In this document: positions 35,176 through 46,301 of the stretch, in pieces
Numbering within the stretch: the stretch's first letter is position 1
Layout: every line of letters begins with the position of its first letter
NCBI GenBank assembly: GCA_014905635.1
Contig: JABVCE010000015.1
Coordinates: forward strand, 620,001 to 684,000
Direction of reading: 5' to 3'
Length of the DNA stretch: 64,000 nucleotides
From: Scenedesmus sp. PABB004
Taxonomy: Eukaryota
The notes under the pieces: model-generated
Databases searched by the model: none
Seen by the model: the letters and a program-made list of their open reading frames with translations, nothing else
What the model was told of the DNA's origin: nothing
Translations under genes and position numbers: made by a program

Positions 35176-38100
35176 GCGGCGGCGCGGGGCGGCGGCGGCG
35201 GTCAGCGGCCGGCGCGCACGCAGTCAAAACCCTGACAGACACATCAAAACCGTCAAAACCGCGGTCAGAGTGCCAGGAAAACAAACAAACGCTCACTGGC
35301 AGTGCATGAGGTGAATCCCGGGGTTGTCCGCGACGAAGCGCAGCACGATGTGGCTGTTGCCAGCGACCGTCACCGTGTCGCGCGCGACCGACGCGACGAG
35401 CGGCGTCGCGCGCGGCCTGCGGGCGCGCGGCGCGCGGGGCGCGTCGGCGGCGTCCACGCGCGCGCGCCGCCGCCGCGGTCCCGTCCGCCCTCCCTCCCTC
35501 CCTCCCTCCCTCCCATCCTGCCCTGCGCCTGCCCCGCGCCGCGCCGCGTCAGTCACCTGAAGTCGCCGTCGCCCTGGAAGCCCACGGCCATGATGAAGAA
35601 CCACATGCCGTGCGTGTGCATCGGGTGCTCGCCTGGCGGGCGGCGCGGGCGGCCGTTATGTTGTCATGTTATGTTGTCATCTTTGAGGTTTTTTTTGAGT
35701 TTTTTTTCCGGCCGTCAGGCGCCGTGCGTCGCCGCCCCACGCAGTCACAAACGAGCACGCGCGCACAGCAAGCGCACGCGTGCCGGCGGTGACCCCTGAT
35801 GCAGTCAGACCACAAACCCTAAGCCCCGCACGCGCACCGTTGTCGTGGTTGTTGATGACGACGTCGACGACCTCGCCGAGCGCGACGTCCACAATCTGCC
35901 AGCCCACCCCAAATGGCGCGCCCAAGGGCGGCCCGAGGCCCTCCGGGTTGCTGCTGTAGCGCTCGAGGAGGGAGGGGCCGTCGGAGGGCGCCATCGCGAG
36001 GGACACGTTGTTCAGGTGCCCGTAGCTGCGCCCGGCGCGGCGGCGGCGGTGCGGGGTTCAGGGGTTATCGGGGCTTGGCTGCCGCTGCAGGGCCCAGGCG
36101 CAGCGGCGGCTGCTGCGCCCGCTCCTCCCTGACGCGCATGCCCCCTAAACACCACCAACACCAAGCGCGGCCGCCGGCACTCACTGCACGCCGCTGGGCT
36201 CGTTGTACATGTCAATGGCATAGGTCAGCGTGCGCGTGGAGTTTGGCGGCACGGCGCCGCCCGCGACCGACATCTGGGGGCAGCGCGGGACGCGGGCGGG
36301 TGAGCAGGGCGGTCGGTGGGTGGGTGGGGGCAAGGAGAGCGAAGCCCCGCCCCGCCGCGTCGTGCCGGCCCGCACGGCGGCGCCGCGCCGTGCTGTGCGC
36401 CCAACCTGCGCCCCTCAAAACCTTGAGCCCCCCCTCCTAAACCTGAGCCGCCCCTAAACCTGAGCCCGCCCCTAGACCTGAGCCGCCCGCGCACCTGGTA
36501 CGGCCCGATCAGCACGTCGCCCAGGTGGCGCTCGTAGTACTCAGGGGAGAGACCTGGGTTTAGGGGGCAGGTGGCAGGGTTTAGAGGTGGGCGGACCCGC
36601 CTCCAGGGCAACGGGGCGGGACGGCGTGCGCTCCGCCCCGCGCCGCGCCCCGCGCCGCCCGCCGCACCCGCCCCTAAACCCCGGGCGCGCGCCTGGGAAG
36701 GTGAGGTTGGCCTTGCTGTCGGGCAGCTGGCGCGGCGGCGCCTCGCCAAAGTGCAGCACCGCGAGCGTGAGGTTGGTGGCGGAGGGGGTGAGGAACTCCT
36801 CGTCCATCATCGTGGCCCTGGGGGAGGGCGGTTTCGAAAACGGGTTTTGAAAACGGCAGGGTTTTGGGCGTGTCGGTGCGCGGCTTGGGGGTTTGGGGGG
36901 CGCGGGCGGGGCGCGTGCGCGGGCGGGCACGCGCGGCCGCCGAGGCGGCGGCGGGGCCGGGCTGTGGGGTGGGCGGCGTGCGGCGGGGCGCGGAACGCGG
37001 GGCGCGGAACGCGGGGCGCGGGGCGCGGGGCGCGCACCGTATCCAGACCGGCGCGTCGCTGAGCACCTCGCCGGCGGCGAGGCGCTGGCAGGGCAGCACG
37101 TCGTAGCGCTGGCCTGTGTTGCACGGTAACGGATGGGTGTGTGTGTGTGGTGGTGGTGGGGGGGGGCGAATGCGGGGCCAGCGTCAGAGGCGGGCGGGGG
37201 CGGCGCCCGCGCACGCGGGCCGGAGGGCTGCGTCGCTGCGTGAGGCTGCCAAACCCTTCAAACCCTTACGACCCTGAACCGCTCAAACCCCGCACCGTTG
37301 TTCAGCGTGAGGCTCCCCACCTCCACCGGCTCCACGCCCACGCCGTCCTGCGACACCACGATCAGCCTGCGGCGGCGGCGGCCAGCGCGCGGCCGCGTCG
37401 GCCCGCCCGCCCCTGGCCCGCCCGCGGCGGCGCGAGCCGCAGCGCGGCATATGCGGCGCGGCGCGGCAGCGGCGGCGGTTGTCCAACAGCCCACGCCCAC
37501 AGCCCCCGCCCACAGCCCACGACCGCGCGCACGCCTGTGGTTGTCAATGCTGACGTTGAACACGGCGCTGCCGCCGGCGTTGATGATACGGAGGCGCGTG
37601 CGCGGGTGGTCGCACGTGCTCGCCACGGCCCGCACGTAGCTGTAGCCGCACGGCGGCGCGTCGGGCGCGGCGCCGCGCGGCGCCGGCGCCGCGCCGGCCG
37701 CGACCGCGCGCGGCTGCGGCGCGCAGTGGCCCTGGCCGTGCTCATTGATGAGGCCAGAGTGCGGCGTCGGCTCGCGCCCGCCCTGCGGCGCGGGGCAGCG
37801 GGGCGGCGCGGGGCGTGGGACGCAGGCGCAGCGGCTCTGCTCCCCCCCGCGCTGCCAAGCGCCACGCGCAAACGCCACCCCCTCGGCCGCGCCCGCGCCC
37901 CAGAGCCCCTGCCCTGGCGGCGCCCTCCAAAACCCTGACGGCGCCCTCCAAAGCCCTTCTCCAAAGCCCTGCCCCAAAGCCCTGCCCACAGGGGCCCCGC
38001 GCGCCTGCTTCCCGGTGCCCATGTAGGCGGCGACCAGCGACTCCGCGGTGTCCGGGTACCAGTCGCGCAGCGCGACGACCGCGTCGGCGTTGTAGCGCCC

Positions 38101-38343
38101 TGCGTCGGCCGGCGCGCGCACGATGAGGTAGCCGGACAGGCCGTCAACGTACTGCGTCTGCGGGCGCGCGTGCGTGCGTGCGTGCGGGGTTGTTATATAG
38201 TTTTGTCATTTTTGTCATGTTGTTGTTATGTGGCGGTTCAGGGGGGAGGCCCGGCCGGCGCGAGGCCTGTGAGACCGCCGCCGCGCGCCGCCGCTGCGCC
38301 GCCGCGCCGCGCGCTCCGCGCGTCGTCCCGCCCCCCGGGCCGC

Positions 38344-38383
<40 letters not shown>

Positions 38384-40176
38384 GCATGCGCGCGCACCAT
38401 GGTGTGCGAGTGCATCCAGAACGTGCCTGCCACGTCCACCACAAAGTTGTACGTGAATGTTTCTGGCAAGGCGGGGCAGGGGCAGGGGCGGGAGGGGTTG
38501 GCGGCCGGGTCCGGCGCGGCGCCGGGCCGGGTCCGGGTGCCGCCACGCCCCGCCCAACAGTCTCAGGGGTCCCTGAGGCTCAAACCAACAACGCCAGCGG
38601 ACGCGGCCGCGGCGCGGGGCGCACCGCCGTCGCGGATGAGGCGCTGCGTCGCGACGTCGGCGCCGTCCATCAGGTTGTACCCGCGCTGGGGCAGGCCGTG
38701 GAAGTGGAGGCTCGTGGGCATGCCGATGGCATTGGTGAGCGCGAGGACGACCCGGTCGCCGACGAGGGCATCGATCTGAGGGAAGAGCTCGTCGTTCCAC
38801 ACAATGACCTGCCCGGGGGTTTAGGGAGGGGTGAGAGTTAAGGGTTTAGGGTTCAGGGTTAAGCAGGGCGAGGCGCGGACGGGCCGGGGCGGGGCGGGCA
38901 GGCCAGGGGCCCGGCGGGGGCGGGAGGGGGCGGTGGCGCGCGTGCTTCACACGCGCACCCACACGCACACACGAGTGCGCGGCGCCTGCGTGAGCACCCA
39001 CGCGCGCTGCGCGCGCACCGGGCGCTCGAAGCCGTCGAGGGCGAGCCGCTTCCAGCGCAGCGTCCACGCAAAGCGCAGCACGCGGCCGCCGCCCGGCGCC
39101 GCGCCGGTGCACGCGGCCGACGCGGGGCTGAGCCCCGCGCGGCAGGTCGGGGCGTGGCAGTAGATGCTCGCGTCGGCGACGCAAAACCCAAACTGGCTGC
39201 GGCGGCGGCGGACGCGGCGGCGGGGTGTCGTCGGCGCTGCGTGGGGCACACGTGTGCGGCGCGCGCCCGCGCGGCGCGGGCGCGAGCGCTCCCGACCTGC
39301 AGCACTGCCGGTGCGGGCAGGTCGCCACGTACACGCCGCACGGCCCGCCGGGCTTGGCGACCGGGAGCGCCGACGCGCGCGGCACCGCAAACGGGAAGGA
39401 CCCGGCGCAGTTGCTCAGCACGCCGCTGAACCTGCGCGGCGGGCGGTCGCCGCCCGCGCGGCGGCGGTTCGCAGGTGCAGCGGCGGGCGCGCAGCGCGGG
39501 GCGGCGGCGGGCGGAGCGCGCGGACGCGCACCTGCACTGGCAGCTGCCGGCGCACGCGACAGCCGACTTGCTGCACACGCCCGCCTGGCCGCAGCACAGG
39601 CCCTGTCGCCGCGCCGCGGGCGGTGGGGCGGTGGGCGGCGTCAGCGGCCGCGGCTGCCCCCCCTCCCGCGCAGGCCCCCTGGGTGCCCCGGCCGCCGCGC
39701 TGCGCCCGCCCGGCTGCACGCAGCGCGCGGGTGCGCGCCCACCATCGCGCACACGGCGACGCCCTCGCCGCACGCGCCGCCCTCGGGCGCGGTCGGCAGC
39801 TCCGCGCAAGCGCCGCTGCCAAAGCCCAGGCCCGCGGCGCCGCGCAGCCCCGCCGCGGCGCCGGCGTCCGCGCCGGCCAGGTGTGCGTAGTTGACCAGCG
39901 AGTAGCGGCTGACGTTGGCCGTGCCCGCCACGCCCTGCCACGCCCGGCCGGGGCGCAGCGCCAGGGGCGCGGGGAGGCGCAGGAGCAGGCGCGCCGGCGG
40001 GCCCACGCCGCGGCGGCGCCGCCGCGCGCCGCGGGCAGCAGCGCGTCCAGCGCCGCCGGCACGCCGCCGGACGAGGCGAGGTGGCGTGCAGTCGCGCCGC
40101 AGCCGCTCGCCAGGGCCAGGGCAAGCGCCAGCGCGATGCACGGGAGCGCGCACGCGCGGCGCTGGGGTGTCCGCAT
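34932..40176 (-). CDS. Secreted multicopper oxidase (laccase/Fet3-like) with two N-terminal hevein/CBM18-type chitin-binding domains; many exons
   Basis: All four Cu motifs are present: TSLHFHGL, GTFWMHSH, HPMHTHG, NPGIHLMHCHIDWHLVSGL. Signal peptide, then CGEGVAVCAMGLCCGQAGVC...C and CGVYVATCPHRQCCSQFGFC...YC. Apparent frameshift near 40010. Confidence 0.9.
36410..36490. repeat. Intronic ~18-bp tandem repeat (CCCCTAAACCTGAGCCGC-like, ~4 copies), telomere-related
   Basis: cctaaacctgagccgcccctaaacctgagcccgccctagacctgagccgccc is directly visible. Confidence 0.75.
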
Positions 40177-40999
40177 CGTCCGCGACTGTCGTCGACAGCG
40201 GGCGGCTCACCCCAGGCGCTGCGGCTCCGGTGGCTGGTCTAGTGGGGAGTGGTGGTTGCGTTGGCGGACTCTGCGCACGATTCGCACGGGCGCTTGTCGG
40301 TGCCCAAGTTGTCGAACGGGTCGACCCGAGTGACGGAGCGACTACAACGTGCGTCGTCGCTGCTGGGTGCTTGAGGGATCGCGTTATGTTAATTGCGAGG
40401 CTGCGGGGGACGGGGGAGCGCACGCCAAGTGCCAAGGAAGTGCAGCAGTTCACTGAGCGCAACAACGCGCCCCGCGCCGCGCCCGCCCGCCGCTCGCGTC
40501 CGCCGCTGCGCCTGAAGGTGCGACGGTAAGACCTCTAGCATCCTGAATGCACGAGCGCGGGCATCGCGCGCCCTGCAGACCGGGGCATGCCGAGTGCCCG
40601 CCGCCGTGCGCTCCCACGTCGCCGGCCCACGCCGCCGCTGCCAGCAGCAGCGCCAGCAGGCGCGGCGCCAGCGTCGGTCACCGCCCGGCACGCGCCCCCG
40701 GCGGCGGCGCGGCCATGCGGCGGGCACGCCGCGGGCACGCCGCAGTGACGCGCTGCAGCGGCGCAGCGCGGGGGGTGTGCAGGGCGTGCAGGGGTGAGCT
40801 GTTCCAGATGCAGCTGACGGGTTGAGCTCGCCCAGACGCAGCTGACGCACACTTGCCGTCGTCCGCTGCCGCTGCTGCTGCCGCGCGCGTGCCCACCTTC
40901 CGGGCGCCCAAAAACTGGCTTGGTGGGACAGTTTTGAGCGCACAGGAGCCTGGGCGAGGCCTGGCGCTCGTTCGTGCGTGCGCGGCGCGGCGTCACCGG

Positions 41000-41299
41000 C
41001 GGCGCAGCAGCAGAAGCGCGGCGGCGCAGGGCGGGCGCAGGGCCGGGCTGGCCACCACGCCGCCCCCCGCATCAGCGTCTCGCTGGAACTGCGTCTGCGG
41101 CGCGTGCAGGCCCGCGCCCGGCCCGCGCCCGGCCGGCCAGCTGCAGTGTCGGTCTTGGCCAGACGCGGCCGCTGCAGCCGGCCCCGCGCCTGTCCCGTGC
41201 ACCCCGCCCTCCAGCAGCTGCGCACGCGCTCGGCATGTCGCAGGAGCAGCCAGCGGCGTGAGCAGCGCGCCGCGGCGCGCCTGCGTCGCTGCCGCTGCC
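41000..41299 (+). repeat. ~300-bp dispersed element, copy B, upstream of the gene starting at 41456
   Basis: Reverse-complement homolog of 15127-15425. Confidence 0.85.
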
Positions 41300-41455
41300 C
41301 GCGCACGCTCTCCCACAGGCACGCTTTCCGCCCCCACGCTCTCCGCGCCTGGTGCGCAGCGGCGAGCCAGGCGCGTGGGCCGGCCTGCACGCGTGCCGGC
41401 GCCGACCGCTCGCGCCGCCGCAGGCGTCACCGGCGCGCACACAGCGCTGCGGCAG

Positions 41456-43099
41456 ATGACGCTGGCGCGGCCGGGCCCGGTGTGGATGGCGGACCGGCGC
41501 ATGGGCGTCATATCCTGTGCGATGTGGCTCGGGACCATCATCCGCGTCTGGCCGCTGCTCACGCCGCTCGAGAACGCGCAGGCGGTGCTCGGCCTCGCCG
41601 TCAGTGCGTTCACGGCGCGGCGGGCGGCCGCGCGGCAGCGCCCACCCGCCCGCCCGCTCTCCCGCCGGCCGCCGGCGCGCGCCAGGGGCCGAGGCGTGCG
41701 CCGCGCCGCGCCGCGCCGCCCCGCGCCGCAGTGTTTGCCCTCGTCGTTGCGTGGCCGACGTGGGCCCTGCCGAGCTACGAGCGCCACCGCCTCGCCGCCG
41801 TCGCCTTCCTGCGCGTCTTCCTGGTGCGCGCCTGCCCCCTTCCCTGGCGCGGCGCGGCGCGGGCGGCGCGGCGCGGCGCGGGCGGCGCGAAGCGAAGCGA
41901 AGCGAAGCGAGCCGCCGCCCGCGCGCCCGCCCCCGGCGCCGGCGCCGGGGCGCGCGCAGGTCGCGCTGCCGTTCAATTTTTCGGGCCGCGTGTTTAACGC
42001 GATTGCGCCCGAGGCGGCCACGGGGCCGGCCGCGGCGCTGGCCAACACCTTTCAGCTTTTCTTGGGTGCGGCGCTTGGGACCGCGCGCCTGGGGACGCGC
42101 GCCGCGCCGCCGGCGCCGCGGGCAGCGACCCCCCGCAACCTCCGCCGCCGCCGCCCGCCGCCGCCGCCGCCGCCGCCGCCCGCCGCCCGCCGCCGCCGCC
42201 GCCGGCGCAGCGCTGCGCATCGCGCTGCTCAACTTCACGGGCCTCGGCTGGCGCGTGCCGTTCAGGCTGCACCTCGTGCTGCAGACCGTGAACGTGGCGA
42301 TCTTCATAGCCTTTGGCCTCAAACCCTACTCTGCCAGCAAGGCACGCGCAAGGCGTGGGCGCAGCCGCCACCGCGGCGCGGCGCGCGCGCCCGCGCGGCC
42401 GGCCGGCGCACGTCGCCCGAGCCGCCGCCGCCGCCGCTGTGCTGCCGCCGGTGCCCGCAGCTGCTCACGAGCGCCGAGCTCGCGTCCACGGCGGCGCGCC
42501 TGCACCGCGGCATGGCGCTCGCCTGCATGCTCGCGCTGCCGTTTGCGCACGTGCCGGTGCCGGCGGGTGCGCGGCCGCCAGCGCGCGTGGAGCGCGTGCA
42601 CCTTGCTCGCCCGCCTGCCCGCGCCGCGCCACGCTGCCTGCCCGCCGCCGCGCGCCGCCCGCCGCCAGGCGACCAGGCTGAGCGCGTAGCGCTGATGCTG
42701 TTCCTGTGGTGTGTGCTGGGCTGGCTGGTGCCCACGCTGCTGGTGCTGCCCGCGGATGACGGCGGCGGCGGCAGCGGCGCGCCGCCGCAGCCGCCGCCGC
42801 GCCGCGGGCTGCTGGCGAGGGCCGCGGCGCGCCCGGCGGAGTGGCTGGAGGGCTGCCTGCGGCTGCTGCAGCCGCCGCCGCGGCAGGGGCCGCCGCGGCG
42901 CCGCTCGGCGGCGGCGCTCGCGGCGCCGCTGGGCGCCGAAACCCGGGAGCAGCTCGACGAGCGCGATACGCGGGCGACGACGCTTGCGAGGTGCGTGCTC
43001 GCCTGGTGGGTCGCCGTGCTGCTGGTCTGGCGCTGCGCCTGCATCTGCGCCGGGCCGACGCGGCTGCTCGCGCCGCCGGCCCCCGCGGCGGCGCCGTGA
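41456..43099 (+). CDS. Polytopic membrane protein of unknown function (green-algal type)
   Basis: Spliced ORF with about 7-8 hydrophobic helices: MGVISCAMWLGTIIRVW, YERHRLAAVAFLRVFL, LGWRVPFRLHLVLQ, LFLWCVLGWLVPTLLVLP, WWVAVLLVW. Confidence 0.75.
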   Translation: MTLARPGPVWMADRRMGVISCAMWLGTIIRVWPLLTPLENAQAVLGLAVSAFTARRAAARQRPPARPLSRRPPARARGRGVRRAAPRRPAPQCLPSSLRGRRGPCRATSATASPPSPSCASSWCAPAPFPGAARRGRRGAARAARSEAKRSEPPPARPPPAPAPGRAQVALPFNFSGRVFNAIAPEAATGPAAALANTFQLFLGAALGTARLGTRAAPPAPRAATPRNLRRRRPPPPPPPPPAARRRRRRRSAAHRAAQLHGPRLARAVQAAPRAADRERGDLHSLWPQTLLCQQGTRKAWAQPPPRRGARARAAGRRTSPEPPPPPLCCRRCPQLLTSAELASTAARLHRGMALACMLALPFAHVPVPAGARPPARVERVHLARPPARAAPRCLPAAARRPPPGDQAERVALMLFLWCVLGWLVPTLLVLPADDGGGGSGAPPQPPPRRGLLARAAARPAEWLEGCLRLLQPPPRQGPPRRRSAAALAAPLGAETREQLDERDTRATTLARCVLAWWVAVLLVWRCACICAGPTRLLAPPAPAAAP

Positions 43100-43911
43100 G
43101 CGCCGCCGCGGAGGCATCTGTTTTTCTTTCTCAGCCGAGGCGCGTGCGGCCGAGGCACAAAATCTGAGTATTTTTTCCGCAGAGTCACCTCGGCACGTTC
43201 AAATCGCGCGCGCCGGCGCGCCGGGCGGCCCCCGTGCGAGGGCTGCAATTGTTTCCCCTCAAGTGGCACCCGAAGTTGGATCTATCAGCACGGCCCTGGA
43301 TCACCTCGCAATCGATTGTCTTAGAGTGGTCTCCACGCACGCACCTGCTCGTTCAAGAGTGACCGGCGCGCCGCGCGCGGCGCGCGCCGGTACGCGCGCG
43401 CTCGCACAGAGGAGCGGCGGCGCCGCGGGGCTGCAGCTGCGAGCGGCTGCTGAGAGCGGCTGCAGCCAGCGTGGCCCTGGCACCGGCAACTGCGGCGGGG
43501 GCCTGTCGCGCGCGCCGCCGCCCTGCCGCCGGAACCCTGCCCCTGGCGCTGCTCTGCCGCGGCGCGTGTGCGCCTTGCCCAGCCCTCCAACCAAGCAGCT
43601 CGCGCACCACAGGCACACGCCGTCTCGCGCTGCGCGGCCTCTCCTCGCCACCGCGCTCTGCGTCTGCTGCTCGCCGCTCTGCGCTGCGCCTCGTCGGGCC
43701 GCGCGGTCTTCGTCCCGCGCGCCCCCCGGGCATGTGGGGGGCGCGGTAGAGGGCCGCCCGGCAGCGGGCAGCCCAGACCCAGCTCCGGGCGGCAGCAGCA
43801 CGCCAGGGCCGCCGGAGATCGCCAGGGCCGCCTGATCGGGCGTGGGCGCGCCCGCGCCTGCCTGGGCCGCGCGCGCAGCGAGCCGGCGGCGGCGGCGGCA
43901 GCGGCGGACAG

Positions 43912-44291
43912 ATGCTGCTGCTGCAGCGCCGCCTCCGGCGGCGCGTCGCCTGCGCGGCCAACGCGCTGGCGCTGACGCTGGTGCTGGGCGTGGTGGCGCT
44001 GCACGTGCTGCACCGAGCGAGCACGCCCAACGTCAGCCCGGGGGGGAGCGGCGGCGGCGGCGCCGCGAGCGGCGGCGGCGGCCCGGCGCCCTGGTGGGAG
44101 GGGCCCGACGGCGGCGACGACGAGCCGGGCCGCCACCCGGCCTTTGCGCTCTCCCTGCGCGCGCTCGGCGGCGCGGCGGCGACGGCCGCCGTCGCGGCGC
44201 TCTGCAGCGGCACGAGCATCGCCGGCGCGGGTGCGCGCGCGGCGCCGCACGCAGCCGCAGCGCCGCCGCCGCGCCGCCTCGTCTCACCCGC

Positions 44292-44324
<33 letters not shown>

Positions 44325-46301
44325 GGCGTGCTGGTCGCCGTGTACGTGTGCTGCGGCTTCGGGGTCAAGGCGGCGGCGGGGCTCGCGCAGGCGTCGGTCG
44401 CGGGCCTCTCGGGCGTCGCGCTCGCGTCGCGCCTCTTCCGCGCGCACCCCTGGGACGGCGGCCGCCCGCTGGTGGACCTCGACCTCGCGCTGCTGCTCGC
44501 GCCGGCGAGCCTGCTGGGTACGGGCGTGGGCGTGGTCGTGAACGACCTGCTGCCCGAGTGGGCGCTCGCGGCGGCGCTCGCCGCGCTGCTCGCGCTCGTC
44601 GCGCGGCGCAAGGCCATCCAGGGGCTCACGCTGCGCGACGAGGAGGGCCGCGCCGAGTCGGCGGCGTGCGCGGCGGCCGTGATCGGCGGCGGGCCGCGCC
44701 CGATGCTGCGCCCAATCTGCACCGTGCCGAGCGGCGACGCCGACGGCGACGGCGCGCTCGCGGCGGCGGCGGGCGCGGCGGTGGCGGCGGACAAGGGCAG
44801 CCCGCCGCCGGCGGGCGGCGCCGGCGAGGAGCCGTTGCCACCGCGCGTAGTCGCGGCGGCGCTGGACGACGACGGCAGCAGCGAGCCGCCAGCGCCCAGC
44901 TCGAGCGGCTGGGGCAGCAGCTCGCCAGAGGCGGAGGCTGAGCCCAAGCCTGAGGCGGAGGCGGAGCCGAAGCAGGCCTGGGGGGCGCGGCGGCAGGCGC
45001 GGCGCGGCCTGACGCGCAACGGCAGCGGCAGCGACGCGAGCGGTCGCAGTGGCAGCGACGACCTGAGCGCGCCGCTGCTGGCGCGCGACCGCGATGGCGC
45101 GGACGCGCGCGGCGCGGACGCGAAGCAACAGCTCGGCGCCGCTGCAGGCGCGGGCGCCTGGCTGGCAGATGCCAAGGCGCCTTGGCCTGGCGTCGGCGGC
45201 GGCGACGGCGGCGGCGACGGCGGCGGCGACGCGGCCCGCGGCGCGGCGGCGCCCCCCGCCGCGCCCTGGCCGCCCGCGGGCGCGGGCGCCGCGCGCCCCC
45301 CGTCGCCGCTGGCCGCGCGGCGCGCGGGCGCGGCGCCGCCCGGCGCGCCCGGCGGCGCCGGCGGCGGCGTCGTGCCGTTTGGGCTGTTCCCCTGGGTCAA
45401 GCTCGCGAGCGTGGGCCTGCTGGCGGCCGGGTTCATCGGGCTGAGCGCGGCGGACGTGCTCATCCCGCTGTGCAGCTGGGCGTACGTGGCGTACGTGCTC
45501 GCACTCCTCGCGCTCACCGCCGCGGTCACCGCCGCGCTGGCGCAGCTCATGCTCGTCGCGCCGCTGCGGCGCAGCGCGGCCGCCGCGGCCGCCGACGGCG
45601 ACGCGGCGAGCGCGATGGAGGAGGAGCGCGGCGGCGGCGGCTGCGGCGGCGGCGGCTGCGCCGGCCCGCTCGGCGGCGCGCCGCGCCGGCTCGCGGCGTG
45701 GCTGGCGGCGCTGACGGGCAGCGCCCCGCCGGCGGCGGCCGCCGCGGCCGCGGCCGCGGGCGGCCCGGGCGGCCGCGTCAGCCTCTTCAGGCAGCACCAG
45801 CTGCGCCAGGGCGCGGCGGCGGCGTGCGGCGACGGCGAGGTGCCGGCGGAGAGCCTCGCGCACGCCGCGGCGGCGGCGGCGTGCGTCGCGGGCGCGGCGG
45901 GCGTGTCGTCGGGCGCTTGCGGGCTCGCGAGCAGCGCGCTGCTCGTGCCGACGCTGCTCGACTTTCGTGTGCACCCCCAGGTCGCCAACGCGACGTCGGT
46001 GCTGCTCGTGTGGCTGTGCAGCTGCACCGGCAGCCTCTGCTTCCTCCTGCAGGGCCGCCTGGTCGGCGCGTACGCTGGCTTCTACGCCGCGGCCGCCGCC
46101 GCCGGCGCGGCGGCGGGGCACGCGGGGCTCGCGCCGGCGCTGCGCGCGTCGCGCGTGCGCGGCAGCGCGCTCGTGCTCGCGCTCGCCGGCCTCGCGGGCG
46201 CCGCGGCCGCCGCGGCGGCGGGCTTTGGCGCGCGCGCGCTGCTCGCCGCGCTGCGGGAGCACGAGGGGCTGGGCTTCCGCGCGCTCTGCTCGCCCACGTG
46301 A
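43912..46301 (+). CDS. TauE/SafE (sulfite exporter) family membrane protein; one intron at about 44231-44326
   Basis: HPWDGGRPLVDLDLALLLAPASLLGTGVGVVVNDLLPEW and VPTLLDFRVHPQVANATS match the plant/algal TauE/SafE pattern. Confidence 0.85.

Noticed and set aside
40177..41000. CRR1/SBP copper-response (GTAC) regulation of the multicopper oxidase by the nearby SBP genes
   Set aside because: I saw no GTAC cluster upstream of the oxidase, and the SBP proteins lack CRR1-like size and domains.
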